DNA of 64,000 bases from Felis catus (taxonomy: Eukaryota). Both the position numbers and the translations under genes were made by a program. The stretch spans positions 110,548,001-110,612,000 of the forward strand of contig NC_058373.1 of the NCBI RefSeq assembly GCF_018350175.1, given 5' to 3'. The notes under the pieces are model-generated. The model made no database searches, was not told the DNA's origin, and saw only the letters and a list, made by a program, of their open reading frames with translations. Below are positions 33,927 to 47,720 of the stretch, in pieces; the stretch's first letter is position 1; each line of letters opens with the position of its first letter.

Positions 33927-36900
33927 AAAAGGTTTTGTTTATGATCAAGTCACGTTAATTTATTGGTCGTGATAAAATACATGAAATCCACTGTTTTCAT
34001 TCCAAATAGAGGATACAAAGCTTTCTAAATTAATGTGTCGGAAGCAAACTCACAGTGCGTAAGGTGGGAAGAGTTTAACCATACAATGTACTATTCTCTG
34101 GGGTCTCCTGAATTTGCCATGTGTTACTTATACGTGGAGGATTTCTTCTGTGGGCCTTTCTTCTTGCACACGTGTTTGAATTCCAAGTTTCTTTGAAACT
34201 ATTTTAAGTTCGTATTTGATCTACGCTGACTAAATGACTTTATTTGGCACAAAATGGAAGAGCCAATGGCGGTTAATGTCAGATGTGTCGCAGCAGTTGT
34301 CTACTAAGCAGCGTGGCACAGAAACATGCTGCAGCACAACGGGTTCTTCCAGGTCTTGAAGACAAAAATCGCAGTTGGTGATTCCTTGTATTTAAGACAT
34401 CCAGGCTTGGGGCCGTATAATCTCACCAGTTTTCAAAAAGTCCAACCATACAAACATAGAAGTACAGCAGAGAACAATCATTTACAGATTTCACTCTTAG
34501 GAATTTAAAAATTAATTATAATAAAATCCCTTAGAGCTACATTTAACGTAAAACATACAAAGACACAGATTACATTATGAAAACTCTTCGTGTGGCTTAT
34601 TTTACCTCAATTACTACTAAAAAATGACACTTATCAAGGATCTGGGTTACAACACTAAGAATTTGCCTGGGCAGATGAACATTAATGGAATTATACCATT
34701 TTCCAGACTATCTTTTTCCATGATTAATAGGTATTTCCTTCAGTTTAAAGTGAGGCCTTTCCAATGTTACTTTAATAGAACAGAATGAACAACTATGTTA
34801 TTATCCCCACTCTATTTCTTGTCTCCATGTACTTTTTAGATGACCTACAGCAAAGACACGAAAATGATATTTTCTCCATTGCTTTTGTTCTTTTTTTCCA
34901 TGTGTAAACAATATGTTTGGGGTAACTTTCCATGAAGCTGGAATTGGCAAGGTTTTATTCCCAATAATGCCAATGAACGAATATCCCCCTTCCTAAAGTC
35001 TAAAGAGAAATACTACTGATTAAACTACAATAGAAATGGAATTCTGGCAACGTTGCCAGAGTATTCTAGAGTATTTCTAAAAAATAAAAGGAAGAACTGT
35101 GTCAAAAAATTATTGAATATTAAATAGTATATGACTGCTTCTAAGACATTCTAGAGTTTACAGGTTGGAATACTGAAGTTAATAGGTTTAGCTATAGAAT
35201 ATATGTAGTTTTCTTTATATGCTTGGTTTTTATTAATAATATTAAGAGAACTTAACACAATTCCTCACAACACCCCTGTGAGGTAGGGATTGCTTATGTC
35301 CACTTTACAAGTGAGAAATCAGAAAAACAGAGCAAGAAATAATAATCTCAAGATATAGAAATCAAGAAATTTTGGTTTTCTTGTAAGGCAAACTTCACTT
35401 ATGAGTTCCAGAGTTCTGACAATATGCTAATAGGGACAAATACTGAAACAAGTCTGTTTTTCTCCAGAAAACAACTATAGGTAGGATGTGGAAAGAAGAG
35501 AGAATCCTAAGTTGATCCAAGAAGAAAATGTCTGCTTAGTATTTGCCTCATACATTAATCAAGGTGCATCTAGCATTTCCAGTTTTAAGAGCTTGGTAAT
35601 CATGCAAACCACATTAGATGGTCAAGATTGCAGCTCATTTTACAGATGATGAGGTCAAAACTAAAGGGTTTAGCTGAAAGAACCTTTTTTTTTTTAATAT
35701 ATATACAAAGTAGATTCTCTTAGTAAGGAATCAAGTCTTAAAAAAATACACTCAGGGCACAGTATTAATTATACGTGTAACAGTTATTTTTAAAATATGC
35801 CTGTTGAATGAATGAAAAAAATTAAACTGGGGTCAGTTCCCACACCACTATTCACTGATACTCTGCAACCCACCTTTTGGGACTTTTTTCCTATAAAATG
35901 GAGTTAACATTTTCCCACTCCCTAAAATAGAATATTATGAAGACTAAAAGAAAGAATATTTGCTCTGAATTTCTAACATTAAAAGGAACTAAATGAATGA
36001 GAACAAAAATACAATTAACCATTATGTTCTTAACATCTAATAAGTATAAATATATTTCAGCTTTCAATTAATGTCCGCCGTGGCCAATCAGCCACCAGCA
36101 AACACAATTTCTCCAGACTCTGCCCTGAACTGCTACCCTACACCTCAACTCACATGCACCCGCAATCCCACCCTTCAGCTACGCACTTCTTGTGTCAAGG
36201 ACTAATGACTGAGCAAGAAGAAAACAGAGAAGGAAGAAATCAGAAAAACTGTCATCCTAGTGCGAAAAATAAAATTTTACTTGAAGAAGGCCGGGGAGTA
36301 TATCATGAATAGCCTAAAATACAGGAAATCGATGTTAAGATGTGTGTTCACCCTATGAGATGAAATCTTTGAGGGCAGAAAAGTTTGAATCATTGTTTAA
36401 GTGACTGAAGTTTAAGATTAGATGAAGTTCTCACCCCCAAGAGCAACACATTTGTTTTTAGCCACTCCCAATGTAACTGCTACTATAAAAACAGCTAGTT
36501 AGATTTTCTTCTCAACACATAACAATCTTGACCCCAGGAAGTTTTAGTCATTTGTCTGAGGGAGAAACGCTACTGCCTTAGACAATGCCCAGTAGTTTCT
36601 TCATTCAGCCATCAAGAATAACTTACCACTTCATAAGTCACCTAAACTCAGTGTTTACCCAGAGAAAACCTTTGTGCCCTTAGAACGGGCTGGATTACTC
36701 TTTCAGCTCCCTTCTGACTCCACTCTGATGCTGTCAGGAGATGTCTTCAGAAGGATGCAGTCAATAAAGGAGCTCAGAGTTTCTGTATACAGTTAAATTG
36801 TAAGCCTCACAAGCCAGATTTATTAAAATGTCTGTGAGGCTTTGAATTTAACGGGGCAGCACACACAAAAAAGATGAGGCTGTTTTAAAGCCTCTCTGCT

Positions 36901-37708
36901 TTGTTATTCTTGACCAATCTTTGAAATTTAAACATTTCAGAAACAATTTAGATCTATCCTTTGTGGTGAAGTTTGACCAGCTATTCTCCAGCTACATAAA
37001 GCAGGACAATCTATCATTTAGCCCATCATGTTAATTTTTCTGGTGTTTTAGCTTTGTAAGTTTCACTGTTATAAAAGGGAGCTAAGGTTATTCACAAAGG
37101 GAAAGCTATCATGGACTTTAGACATAGTTCTAGGACACTGTGTGTCCTGTTAGTTTTATGGACCAGAAAAAAATGAAAACTGTGTCACTGAAAAACTACT
37201 TCTGCAAGTGATAGAAAATTAACATCAACTTAGGCAGCCTAGAAAATCCTCGGGCGCTGAGGGTAGAAAGACAATTTGTATTTTATCATTTTCCTCTCTA
37301 AGCTGATGTAAATCTCTGGTCATAAAAAAAATCTCAAATTGCTCTTAAGATCCTTAAGAAAACGTTCTAGATTAAGGTAACAACATTGGTGTTAGTCAAG
37401 ACAGTTCTGTCTGAAGCTCTGTTTATCTAGGTGTATGAACATTTCTGTTTCTCTGCTTAGGATTTTGTTTTACTGTTTGAATCTCCTCGATTTCTCTCTT
37501 TTCACTAAAATATTTTTCATTAACAATGAGGTATGCTCAATGTGAAAAAACAAATAAAAGCCATGCAAGATGCTGCAGAGCTAATAAGTAAAAAGTGATT
37601 TTAAAACTACTCATGATTTATTATAGCTATGCCTTAAAGCAAAATTTTTATACATTATATAGTTATGCATTATAAATAACTTTAACTCCCTATGTGGCAG
37701 AAAATATT

Positions 37709-37929
37709 ATTATTGTTTTTTATTATTTTTAAATCTTTAATGTTTATTTATTATTGAGAGACAGAGCGTGAGTGGGGGAGGAGCAGAGAGAGGGAGACAA
37801 AGAATCTGAAGCAGGCTCCAGGCTCCGAGCTGTCACCGCAGAGCCCATGTGGGGCTCGAACTCAGAATGGCAAGATCATGACCTGAGCCCAAGTTGGATA
37901 CTCAACCAACTGAGCCCCCCCAGCGCCCC
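37709..37929 (-). mobile_element. CAN-SINE in the proximal ZBTB25 3'UTR, sense to ZBTB25
   Basis: TSD AGAAAATATT (37699-37708 and 37930-37939). Confidence 0.9.
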
Positions 37930-38342
37930 AGAAAATATTTTTAAATAGTCTTTACAGTGGCTTATTCATGTGAAAAATTAGCCAAAACTGATAGTCTAGA
38001 GTATTCTTTAAAAAATTTCATTTACTTCATTTTCAATTTGGTTTTACTGATTCTACTTAGAAATTCTATAAATATTTACTCTAAAGTTCCATAATTCTTA
38101 CACTGATTTCTGATTTCGTAATTGCGATTTATGAACGGTTCGCGCTCTACTTGAAGGTTACATTTTAATAGCCATGTGTATAACATACCTTACAATAAGA
38201 CCTAATATATACCACCTTAAAACTACGGATAAATGGCAAAGAAAAAAGTGAACAGACGTTGAGGAGGAAGAGAGTTTATGAATAAAAAAATGCATGTGGA
38301 TTTTTTTTCAGAATTGATATAAAAATTATGGAGGAGAAACTG

Positions 38343-39477
38343 CTACTCCACAAGGATAGTGTCCACACTTTCTTGTGTGAGCTCTGACTCTAAGGCACAG
38401 GATGAATCTAACTGTTCTTGCGACAAGCAAGAACTTCTCAGGGGGACATCAGACCAGCTGTCACAGTACGGCTGAAATCTCTGGGCTACCGCATTACTGA
38501 ACCTTTGGCATCGGTTGTATCTGGAAGATTTACCTTTGTGTATATACATGTGTTCCAGCAGTTGACTTTTTCGGAGAAATTTATGACCACAGATGGAACA
38601 GCTGATCTTTCTTTTCCTTGAAAAAGAAAAATTACAGTTTAATTCTACTGGCTCTGAGTCTTTGGAGATCAGAGACACTTGGCTGATCTGCAGAGGCTCG
38701 GTGGTACCCTGGTTTGAGTGGTCAGGCTGCTGCTCATTCTCCTTGACAATGAAGGAGCTGACCCTGCGGCATTCAAGCGCCTCACTGTTTTCATTAAGTG
38801 GATGCACTTCACCAAGGTCGTTGCTTTCCAGAATGGAAGCAGGGACACCAAACGGGAGGGATCCGGACACGTGGGTATGGAGATGTTGTCTTAGGTTACT
38901 ACGGGAATCAAAACGTTCCCCACAGTAATGGCATAAGTGTATTTTGATACCGCTTTCGGTGAAAGTGGGGCCTGTCACCTCCGCTGAGGGTGAGGGATGG
39001 CTCTGGGAGATCACAGACTCTGGGTCACATCTCTCCTGCTTGATGGACACTGGGGGCTTCTGGTGTTCCTCCAAGGCCTGGGCAGCAGGACGGGCCCTCT
39101 GCTGATCGGCAGTGCCATCATCCAGCCCAATAGCGAGAGAGAGCTGCAGCTGGGGGTGGTCGCCCTGCGCAGCAGCCCTGTTGCCACTGTTACTGGAAGG
39201 AGCTTCTTTGACCTCCAGCCCCGGTTTGACAGCTGTTTTTTGGGTTGTTGAGATCTGAATGCCATACAGATTGGAGGACTGCACAGTCTCTGGTGAGAAC
39301 ACCTGATTCATTTCAGTCGCAATGTGAGAAAGGTAGTCGGCGTGAAGAAATCGAATCCCTTCCTCCAGACGACTATGATCCACAATCTGTTTTGGCCCTT
39401 TCCCCGTATACATAATGTGCAGCAAATAGCTGAATATGTCAGGTTGGATATCAGTTGGTTGTATTTTTATGCATTCA
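38343..39477 (-). CDS. ZBTB25: ZBTB25 last coding exon: C-terminal half of the BTB domain, linker and two C2H2 fingers (CHYC...HLHTH; CSIC...HMYIH)
   Basis: Minus-strand acceptor tttttgtttttaacag before 39477; phase-2 join gives [32 protein letters not shown] at 38345-38343; total CDS 1308 nt = 435 aa. Confidence 0.96.
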
Positions 39478-39842
39478 CTGTTAAAAACAAAAAACAGAAC
39501 CGCACAAAATGAAATGACCAGCTGGCCTTCTGGGTAGCAGCATACAGTCTAAGGCTAACGTGATTTCTTCCCAAGAAGTTCAAATTTAGCAATCTGCCTT
39601 GATGAAACATATCAACGGAAAATTAAACTTTCACTATACACCAGCTCTGTGGCCCAGCAACAAGTCTTCATGTCTTCAACCTACCGCCTAAAGTTAAGAA
39701 ACACACACAGATGTTCTGATGAGTTCAACATTTAGTGACTCCTAAGTGATATGCCCTATACAAGCTTCCAGGGAGTAGAAACGTGATGAATAAAACAGGT
39801 CCCTTGCTGTTAAGGAACTTACCAGTCTTTTGGATAAATAAT

Positions 39843-40383
39843 CAAAAGAACTGAGAATGGGGACCCAAAGGACACCTGCACGCCAGTCTTCACTGCAGCA
39901 TTATTCACACTAGCCAAAAGGTGGAAGCAATGCGAGTGTCCAGCAACAGGTGCCTGGATAAACAAAATGTGGCCCGTCCGTACAGCGGACTATTACTCAG
40001 CCAGAGACAGGAATGAAGCTCTGACACCTGCTACAACATGGATGAACCTGGAAAACGTCTGGTAGGTGAACTAAGCCAGACACAGAAGGACACATTTTGT
40101 AGGATGCCACTTATAAAAAATATCTAGAGCAGGCAAATTCTTGGAGACGGAAAGTAGATTAGAGGTTACCAGCAGTTTGGGCCAGGAGAGATGGGGAGCT
40201 ATTGCTTAATGGGCACAGAGCTGCTGTTTTGGGTGATGAAAAGTTTTGGAAATGACAGCGGTGATGGTTGCACAACGCTGCGAATGTAATTAATGTCAGT
40301 AATTATATGCTGAAAATGGTTCAAATGGCAAACTTTATGTTATATATATTTTACCAAAATAAAAAATATTAAAAATTTTAAAA
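39843..40383 (+). mobile_element. L1MB-type LINE-1 3' end fragment
   Basis: gcagcattattcac...agccaaaaggtggaagcaa...acaacatggatgaacct...ggtgatggttgcacaac...ttttacc A-tail. Confidence 0.85.
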
Positions 40384-40432
40384 GGATCTATTGAAATTGG
40401 CAATATTTAGAATTTCAATTACACTAATCCCA

Positions 40433-40655
40433 GGGGCACCTGGGGGCCTCAGTCGGTTGAGCATCCGACTTCGGCTCAGGTCATGATGTCGTGGCTCGTG
40501 GGTTCGAGCCCTCCATCAGGCTCCATGCTGACAGCTCACAGCCTGGAGGCTGCTTAGTTCCTGTGTCTCACTCTCTCTCTCTGCCCTCCCCTGCTCGCAC
40601 TCTGTCTCTCTGTCTCTCTGTCTCTCTGTCTCTCTGTCTCTCTCTCTCTCTCTCA

Positions 40656-40690
<35 letters not shown>

Positions 40691-40692
40691 AT
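40433..40692 (+). mobile_element. CAN-SINE with expanded (CT/CTGT)n and (TAAA)n tail
   Basis: Full body; TSD cactaatc. Confidence 0.92.
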
Positions 40693-42354
40693 AGCACTAA
40701 TCTTATTTGGGCTTCCTAACTATATTAACACATCTAGTCTTTACATCACAAATGAATACAGGCATAACTTTGAAAAACTTCAAAATAACCCCAAGCCCCA
40801 TTTTTAGATATGAATCTAGAATTCAGATAATAGGTGGAAATAATGAGTGAACAAGAAATTGGGAAACACCCTGCAAGATGAGGATAAACAGAACCTGAGG
40901 GAAGTGCTGGATGTCAAGGAACAACAGAATCAGCCAACGGACTTACCTTCCCTGAAGCAAAACTTTGAATGCTTCACAATGCACTGGGTGTCAGTAAGTA
41001 TAGCGACAATCCATTTCTTTAGTCCCCGTATCTCGGGATTGCCTCCTGGGTTTCACTCTTAGCTCTCACCCACCCACTTCCAGGGTCTGTGGCAGGGCTT
41101 TTTTATATCGGTACAGAGCTCTGTTAACTGAGGATTTTTAGTTGCTCAACAGAGATACCAGACAGCAGGCCTGACACCTTTGCATCTCTTGGATTTAGTT
41201 CAGCGTGCATGGTGCCTGGCACACAACAGGCGCTTTGGGAGCTGAACCAACTCCCAGCTCTTAGAGGAGACTGATGTGAAGGTACTGTTTCTAATCCAGT
41301 TTCGACACTGACCCTAACTATGACATGTCCTCCCCTCCAACCTCCTCCCTCCTTGTGCCATGCATTCCAGTCATTCTGACGTACTCCGTTTCCTCAGTGT
41401 ACTAGCCTGGTTCATATCTGCCTATGTTTCCGTGCACTTTTCCCTCTGCCTGCAACGTACCTTCCTGCATTCCTCTACAACATCCGGAAAACTCCTCCTG
41501 ATCCTTCAAGATACAGGGCCTCAATAAAGCCTGTTCCAACCTCCTCAAAATAGAGCTGCTGACACTCCACTCTACCTTCTAGGCAACACTTCTATTATAG
41601 ACGTATCACGTTAATTATTGATAGCAGTAGCTGACAGTGCAAAGCTCCGTTCCAAGCATTTTAATATTATTAATCCATTTAAATCTCAACACCATGGGGT
41701 GAGTACACATACAATGCCAGTGTCTTACATAGAAGGAAACTGAGGCACAGACAGATCAATTACACTGCGATTATTTTCCTTACGTGCACTATCTATGAGA
41801 CTATTAACCCCTTGAGGGCAGGGAGCATAATTAGCCTGTTACTGGGGTCTAGCACAGTGCTGACATTAAGTACCTGATAAATACTTGAATGAATGAATGG
41901 GTAAATAAACATGTGTAATTGAGGCTAGACTCCTAGTATTTCATGCACGGTCCTTTAAAAAAACATAGAGAATTCTATCCCTTTCAATCGAGGATGGATT
42001 AAAGCTATTCTTTAAGAGCTCAGAATCTGAATACCACTTTCCTGCCCTCTTCCTACATACCTATCATGTTGGAATAACCTAAATTCAAAACATCAAAGCA
42101 CTTTTTGAAAATAGTATTTGAAACAAATGACTTTTGAACTATAGTATGGAATATAAGATGGGTAGAACTATGACATTAAGGCCTTGCTATGAAAGTGCTA
42201 CAGAACAGGTATCAAAAACTTAGTGGGTTAGAACACAGATCTTTAAAAACACGTATCTGTATTTGAGTGTAACTTATTGGGGGGCTATAATCCTGGATGG
42301 ACCAATTATTTACTTCAACCTCAGTCTCCTTTTCTCTAAAATAGTGTGGATAAG

Positions 42355-42578
42355 AGGCACCTGGCTGGCTCAGTCGATTAAGCATCTGCCTCTTGATTTC
42401 GGCTCAGGTCATGATCTCACAGTTCATGAGTTCGAGTCCCGCACTGGGATCTGTGCTAATGGTGTGGAATCTGCTTGGGATTCTGTCTCCCTTGCTCTCT
42501 GCCCGCAATCCCCACCCCCACCCCCACACTGTGTTCTGTTTCTCTCTCTCTCAAGAATAAATAAACAAATAAACTAAA
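42355..42578 (+). mobile_element. CAN-SINE
   Basis: TSD taaaatagtgtg(g/c)ataa. Confidence 0.9.
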
Positions 42579-42864
42579 ATAAAATAGTGTGCATAACAGT
42601 AGAATGTACATTAGGTAAATACTTAGTGCTTGGGTATGGGATAAGCCTCCAATAACTTTTAGCTATTACTATTTTCATTTTTACCTTCCACCATGGATCC
42701 TACACACAGAGATGAATTACTGGATGTGTAGAAAAAAAACACATAACTTTTTTTTATTTCTTAAGGTGACCCCATGACAAAGAATCCCCCAAATGATGTT
42801 ACAATAAGGTTTAGCTATATCACAGTATTTAAAATTCTTCTGATTTACAAAAGCACATCCTTAC

Positions 42865-43037
42865 CTTGTTTGGTGAATAAATATCATCTTGAAATAGTTA
42901 GAAAAAGCAGCAAGCACTGCTCTGTGGGCTTTGAAGTAAACGTCTCCAATAGCAACTGTGCAATCACACAGAAAACCAAATTCTCGCTGCATGTTCAGCT
43001 GCTGCAGGAGGACAAGGCTATGGCTACCTGTGTCCAT
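42865..43037 (-). CDS. ZBTB25: ZBTB25 first coding exon: BTB/POZ N-terminal half [49 protein letters not shown]
   Basis: Acceptor tttttctcag 7 nt before the ATG (exon starts at 43044); donor AG|gtaagg; typical BTB signature CD...[12 protein letters not shown]. Confidence 0.97.
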
Positions 43038-44413
43038 TGTGGCTCTGAGAAAAAGCACAATTTTTGTTTGTTTGTTTACAAAATTAGCTACAGTTCACAC
43101 ACATCTAGAGTACAAGGACACCTAAATTTAAACGAGATTATTCAATAGTTTTTAATACTGTTAATTTCACCCCAAACCTAGCTAACATGAAATCCCCTCC
43201 TTATGAAAATACCAATTCTTTGAAAAAGGTAAAATATGTTTTTTTTTCATTTGGTAAGAAGGTGGCTTGGTATGAGTGACACAGAAGCAAAAGGAAGGCT
43301 GTCCTTTTTTAATCTATCTGACCTCAACGTTACCAGTCCGTCCTGTTTCCTCACTGGAAAATGGGATTGAGATGCTGACCCATTCCTCAGAGCTAAATGA
43401 GTGAGGTTATGTGACAACCACCTCGTGATGGAAACTATTCAAATGTTAACCGTAACTGTTAATAACTTAACAGTGTCCTGGCTGGGCTAGAGGTGTTACT
43501 GCTCCTTAGGAATCCTCTATGTGGTCAGGGGACACTGGCCTCCTGACTATCATACAATGTTTGGGAAATGTGTCAGTCACAGTACATTCAGGAGCCCTTA
43601 AAATAGATACTAAGCCACATCCCCCGATTTACATGGGGCCTGGAACCCTATGGGAAAGAGTCTATACCCTGATATTAACTGGATTCAGACATACATACAA
43701 GTATGGAGGCTCCTGAAGAAACAATACAGAATGGGACCACTGGTCCTGGGAAAAATCACGCATGAGAAAGAACACGCAGAAGAATTCTGCCAGCAAGGGA
43801 CAGCAGTGTGAGCAGCAAGGGTACTGAGTGCTGTCGTTACACGTAGGTGGGAGGCCCCGCTTCACCACCTCCTCCCCAACCTTGTAGACAGCCACCAGTG
43901 TTTTAAGGAGAAGGCAGCCGGGTACGAAGGTCATCACTGGCAAGCTGGGAAAACCTTCTCTAAAAGAGCAATTTCTGCAAAAGAGAATGAAGTTTCCTCA
44001 CTAGCCAGAGACCAAAGTCAAAGAGGTCAGCGTTGAAAGTGTGGGGTTAGCTGTCTGGAGATTGGCCGCAGCTTGGGCAGCAGACAGCTGAGTGATCAAT
44101 TATATAATAGAACCAGCTAACACTTAACGGTGTTTCCTTTCCCTTAGGAACTTTCTACTCATTTAATTCTCAATACAACTCTACAAGAAAGGGAGTAAGC
44201 AATGCACCTTACAGATGAAGAAACTGAATCATTGCAAAATAAACGGACACAAGTCATATTGCTAGTAAGTGGGAGAGTGGGGGATTCAAACCCGGGTACT
44301 GGGCTCCCGAGCCCAAATGTCCTCCCTTTCCACCTTTCAGAGGGAACATGACCCACAAACTGGAGATGCTTAGGGAATGGTCAGGTTATACATCAAGACA
44401 CACAGGGAAGCCT

Positions 44414-44541
44414 TGGGGCGCCTGGGTGGCTCAGTCAGTTAAGCTTCTGACTCTTGGTTTCGGCTCAGGTCATGATCTCACGGTTTGTAAGTTTGAGCCC
44501 CGCATCGGGCTCTGCACTGACAGTGTGGAGCCTGCTCAGGA

Positions 44542-44591
<50 letters not shown>

Positions 44592-44610
44592 ATAAACTTT
44601 AAAAGAAAAA
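44414..44610 (+). mobile_element. CAN-SINE with a pure (CT)n tract
   Basis: Body plus (CT)~21 and an A tail. Confidence 0.9.
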
Positions 44611-45569
44611 ATTATGAAGTATTTCAGATGGACAAATAGGCACAGAGAGCAATGGGACAAACACGCAGCCACCCACCCCTGAGCACATAAGGTAAACGTT
44701 ACAAACATGGCAGAGACCCCCTGCCATCGCTCCCTCATTTGCACTGCCTCCTACCTTGCCTCTGAAGGCCGTCATCATCCTGACTTTGGTGTTTATGACT
44801 GTCTTGTAACAGCATTATGTTCTTGCTGCATCTGTACATATCCCTTAAGAAGGGAGAGTACTATTTCGCATGTTTTAAAAGTGTAAGTAAATAATAGCGT
44901 ACTTTAGGAATCCTGCAATTTGCTGCTTTTAGTTCTACATTCATAAATTGCTTTTTAAAATTCTACTTAGTCACACATAAGTTTCTCCTAAGCCTCCCCC
45001 AATTAAAAAATAAATGAAAACGAAACTCTTACTCCTTGCCATCTCATTTTAAAAGCCTGTAAGCAGTAATAAGAAGAATAACAGAACCTACAGAGACCCG
45101 AGCCTCAATAAAAATCCAAATTGTAAGTATTGTTCCAAAAGGCCATTTGACTAGAAGTCCCTACTTATTATATTTGCTACATTACCCAGATTCCTAAACT
45201 CCACCAATTTAGAGAGAGATTTAAACACCAAAATAAAACTGGGTATACTGAAGATTTCACCATGTGAAAAACATGTGTCTTAGATTCAATGAATGGTTCA
45301 AAGTGAAGTAGCTTAAACTAGCCTTACAAATTGTTTAAAACAAAACAAAACCTCAGATCATAAACATTTTCACTAGATCTATATCTATCTGTCTATATAT
45401 AGTGCAGTAGTATAATGAGCTATTGAACCACATGGAAATGAGAAAGGGCACACTAAAAAGCCACATACACAAAAATGCTGTGGTTAATCGTCGATGAGTA
45501 ACAGTTAAATTCTTCACTTACTGAACACATTTTTTTTGAAGAGAAACTTAATAAAGAAAAAATTATTTG

Positions 45570-47400
45570 AAAGCATGCATTACACAAGGCCTAGGGATAG
45601 AAAAAAAATTACACAGACACTGCAATCAACAAGACTGCAGGCTAATAGGGGAGACAAAACATAAAACATAATAATTATGATATAAAGTAAAAGTGATAAA
45701 TGTCATAAGAGCAGTTCAGAGAACATGTTATGGGGGGGGGGGGGAGCAGGGATCAACAGCAGGTGACTCAATGGAAAATAAGCCATTATTTAGATGGACA
45801 GGCAGAGGATGAACACAGCATTCCAGGCAGAAAAAAACAGGATGAATAGAATTACAGGGAAGAGTGTGAATATACAGGTAACTGAAGAATTCAGTCGGGC
45901 ATAGAAAAAACAAAAGTAAGTGACTAACGAGATGTGGTTAGCTCACACAGGGTACCAATTGTAAAACTGAAAGGTACTCCAGTTGTGTTTGAGATGAACT
46001 GTTAAGACGTTTTTGCTGGAGGGAGAACACATAGTAGTTAAAGCTCAGACCCTGGAATTAGACAGCTTGGATTAAAATTTCAATTCTGTCATTTAGCTGT
46101 ATGATCTTGAGAAGACACTTAACTTTCTGGTCTTTGGTTTTACTTGTAAACTATGGATGGATAATTACAGCATCTATCTATCTCACAGGTTGTTATATAG
46201 ATTTAATACGATAATGCATATAAGCACTTAAAAGTAGTGGGGCCCATAATACCAAGTATCATCATCATCATCAGGCCTGTTAGTCAAACTGCTCTAGTAA
46301 CAATACATAAAAAAGATTAGCCAGGGAAAGGTATGGAGAAATAAAGACCAGCAAGGAGTCTGCTGTAATATCCAAGTAATGGCAGTGGGAATGAAGGAAT
46401 AAAAAAAGATGCACCAGACGCAGAACTGACATGACCTGGCAGCAGATTGGAAGTGATAAGCCACAGAGAATATCAAGTCAAAGGTGAGTCTCAGAATTCC
46501 AGCTTGGGTCACTGGAAGAATTCGTTCATCCCTTCAGGTCGTATTTGCAGAATAACTGTCAGGTGTCAATACAAAGGCAGGGTCCCAGAATGCTGGGGAA
46601 TAGGCATAGAAGCTGTCTTAATAAAAAAGAAGTTTCATTTTGGACACAGTTCAAGGTGTTCACGCTAGGACATCTGAGTAGAAATGCTTGGTGATCAATG
46701 AGACAACATGAGGACTGGGGCTCTGGAGATCAGGGCTAGACACAGAGAGAAAGGCCTCAGTAATTACACAACCGAAGCCACCAGGAGTGGATGGGACCAC
46801 TGAGTGAAATAAGAGGGAAAAAAAGCTAAGAATGAATCCTTGAACAACACAGAAAAGACACAAGAAGAAGAAAAGGAGAAATAAGAAAATATATTTTCTT
46901 ATATAAGGGAATGGTGAAGGAAAGGCAAGAGCCTTGGCTGGGGGAGCCCAACAGCCTCCATTTTCCATGGTGGAAAATGCTGCAGACAAACGTGAGGATG
47001 AGGCCTATTACAAATGCCCCAAGTGTGGGGACCAAGAGGTTTCTGGTGACCTTTGACAATGGGAAAGCAGCAAGAGCAAAATATCTCACTGCAAGAGGAT
47101 GTTAGAAAGCACACGTCATAAAGGGTAGGTACAGATAGGATAGGGCACTGAGGATAGGCAGCTTCAGCTTGGAGAAGACTTCCAGCCTGAAGAGGGGTGG
47201 AGTCTCTAGAAGCCAGAAGGAACACAAGCAGAAGTCTTAAGTGTAGTAGTCAGCCACAGAGAAGAGAGGGATTTCTTTCTGATGGTGGCAAGGAGATGAT
47301 GAGGTGAGGGGAGAATGTGAGAGTAGTCTGTAGATGGCTTTGATTTACATACTATGAAGTTAGTCCATATGCAAAGGGAAGAGCTGAATTTAGGCCTTGA
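45570..47400. mobile_element. Degenerate L2 fragments with an inserted MIR (about 46030-46240)
   Basis: Purine-rich L2-like motifs (cattccaggcag, gtttcattttggacac, ggagatcagggctaga); boundaries uncertain. Confidence 0.5.
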
Positions 47401-47720
47401 AAGAAACCTAGAGTAATAATCCCTGATGCTAACATATAGTGATGAAGTTCATACAGAACTTTCACATAAAACAACCTCTTTTTCTCTTTTAGGTGTGATA
47501 CTTTCTATTAACCTGTCTTCAAATTCATGGACTCTTGTCATTTCTGTTAAACTCATTCAGTGAATTTTTAATTTCAGATATATTTCCAGGTCTGAAATTT
47601 TCATCTCATTCCTTTTTAGTGTCTGGTTCTCTGCTGAGATTTCCTATTTCTTTGCCCATTACCGCTTTACTTTATGTTCTTGAGCATAGTTATAATAGCT
47701 ACTTTACATCTTCTCTGCCA

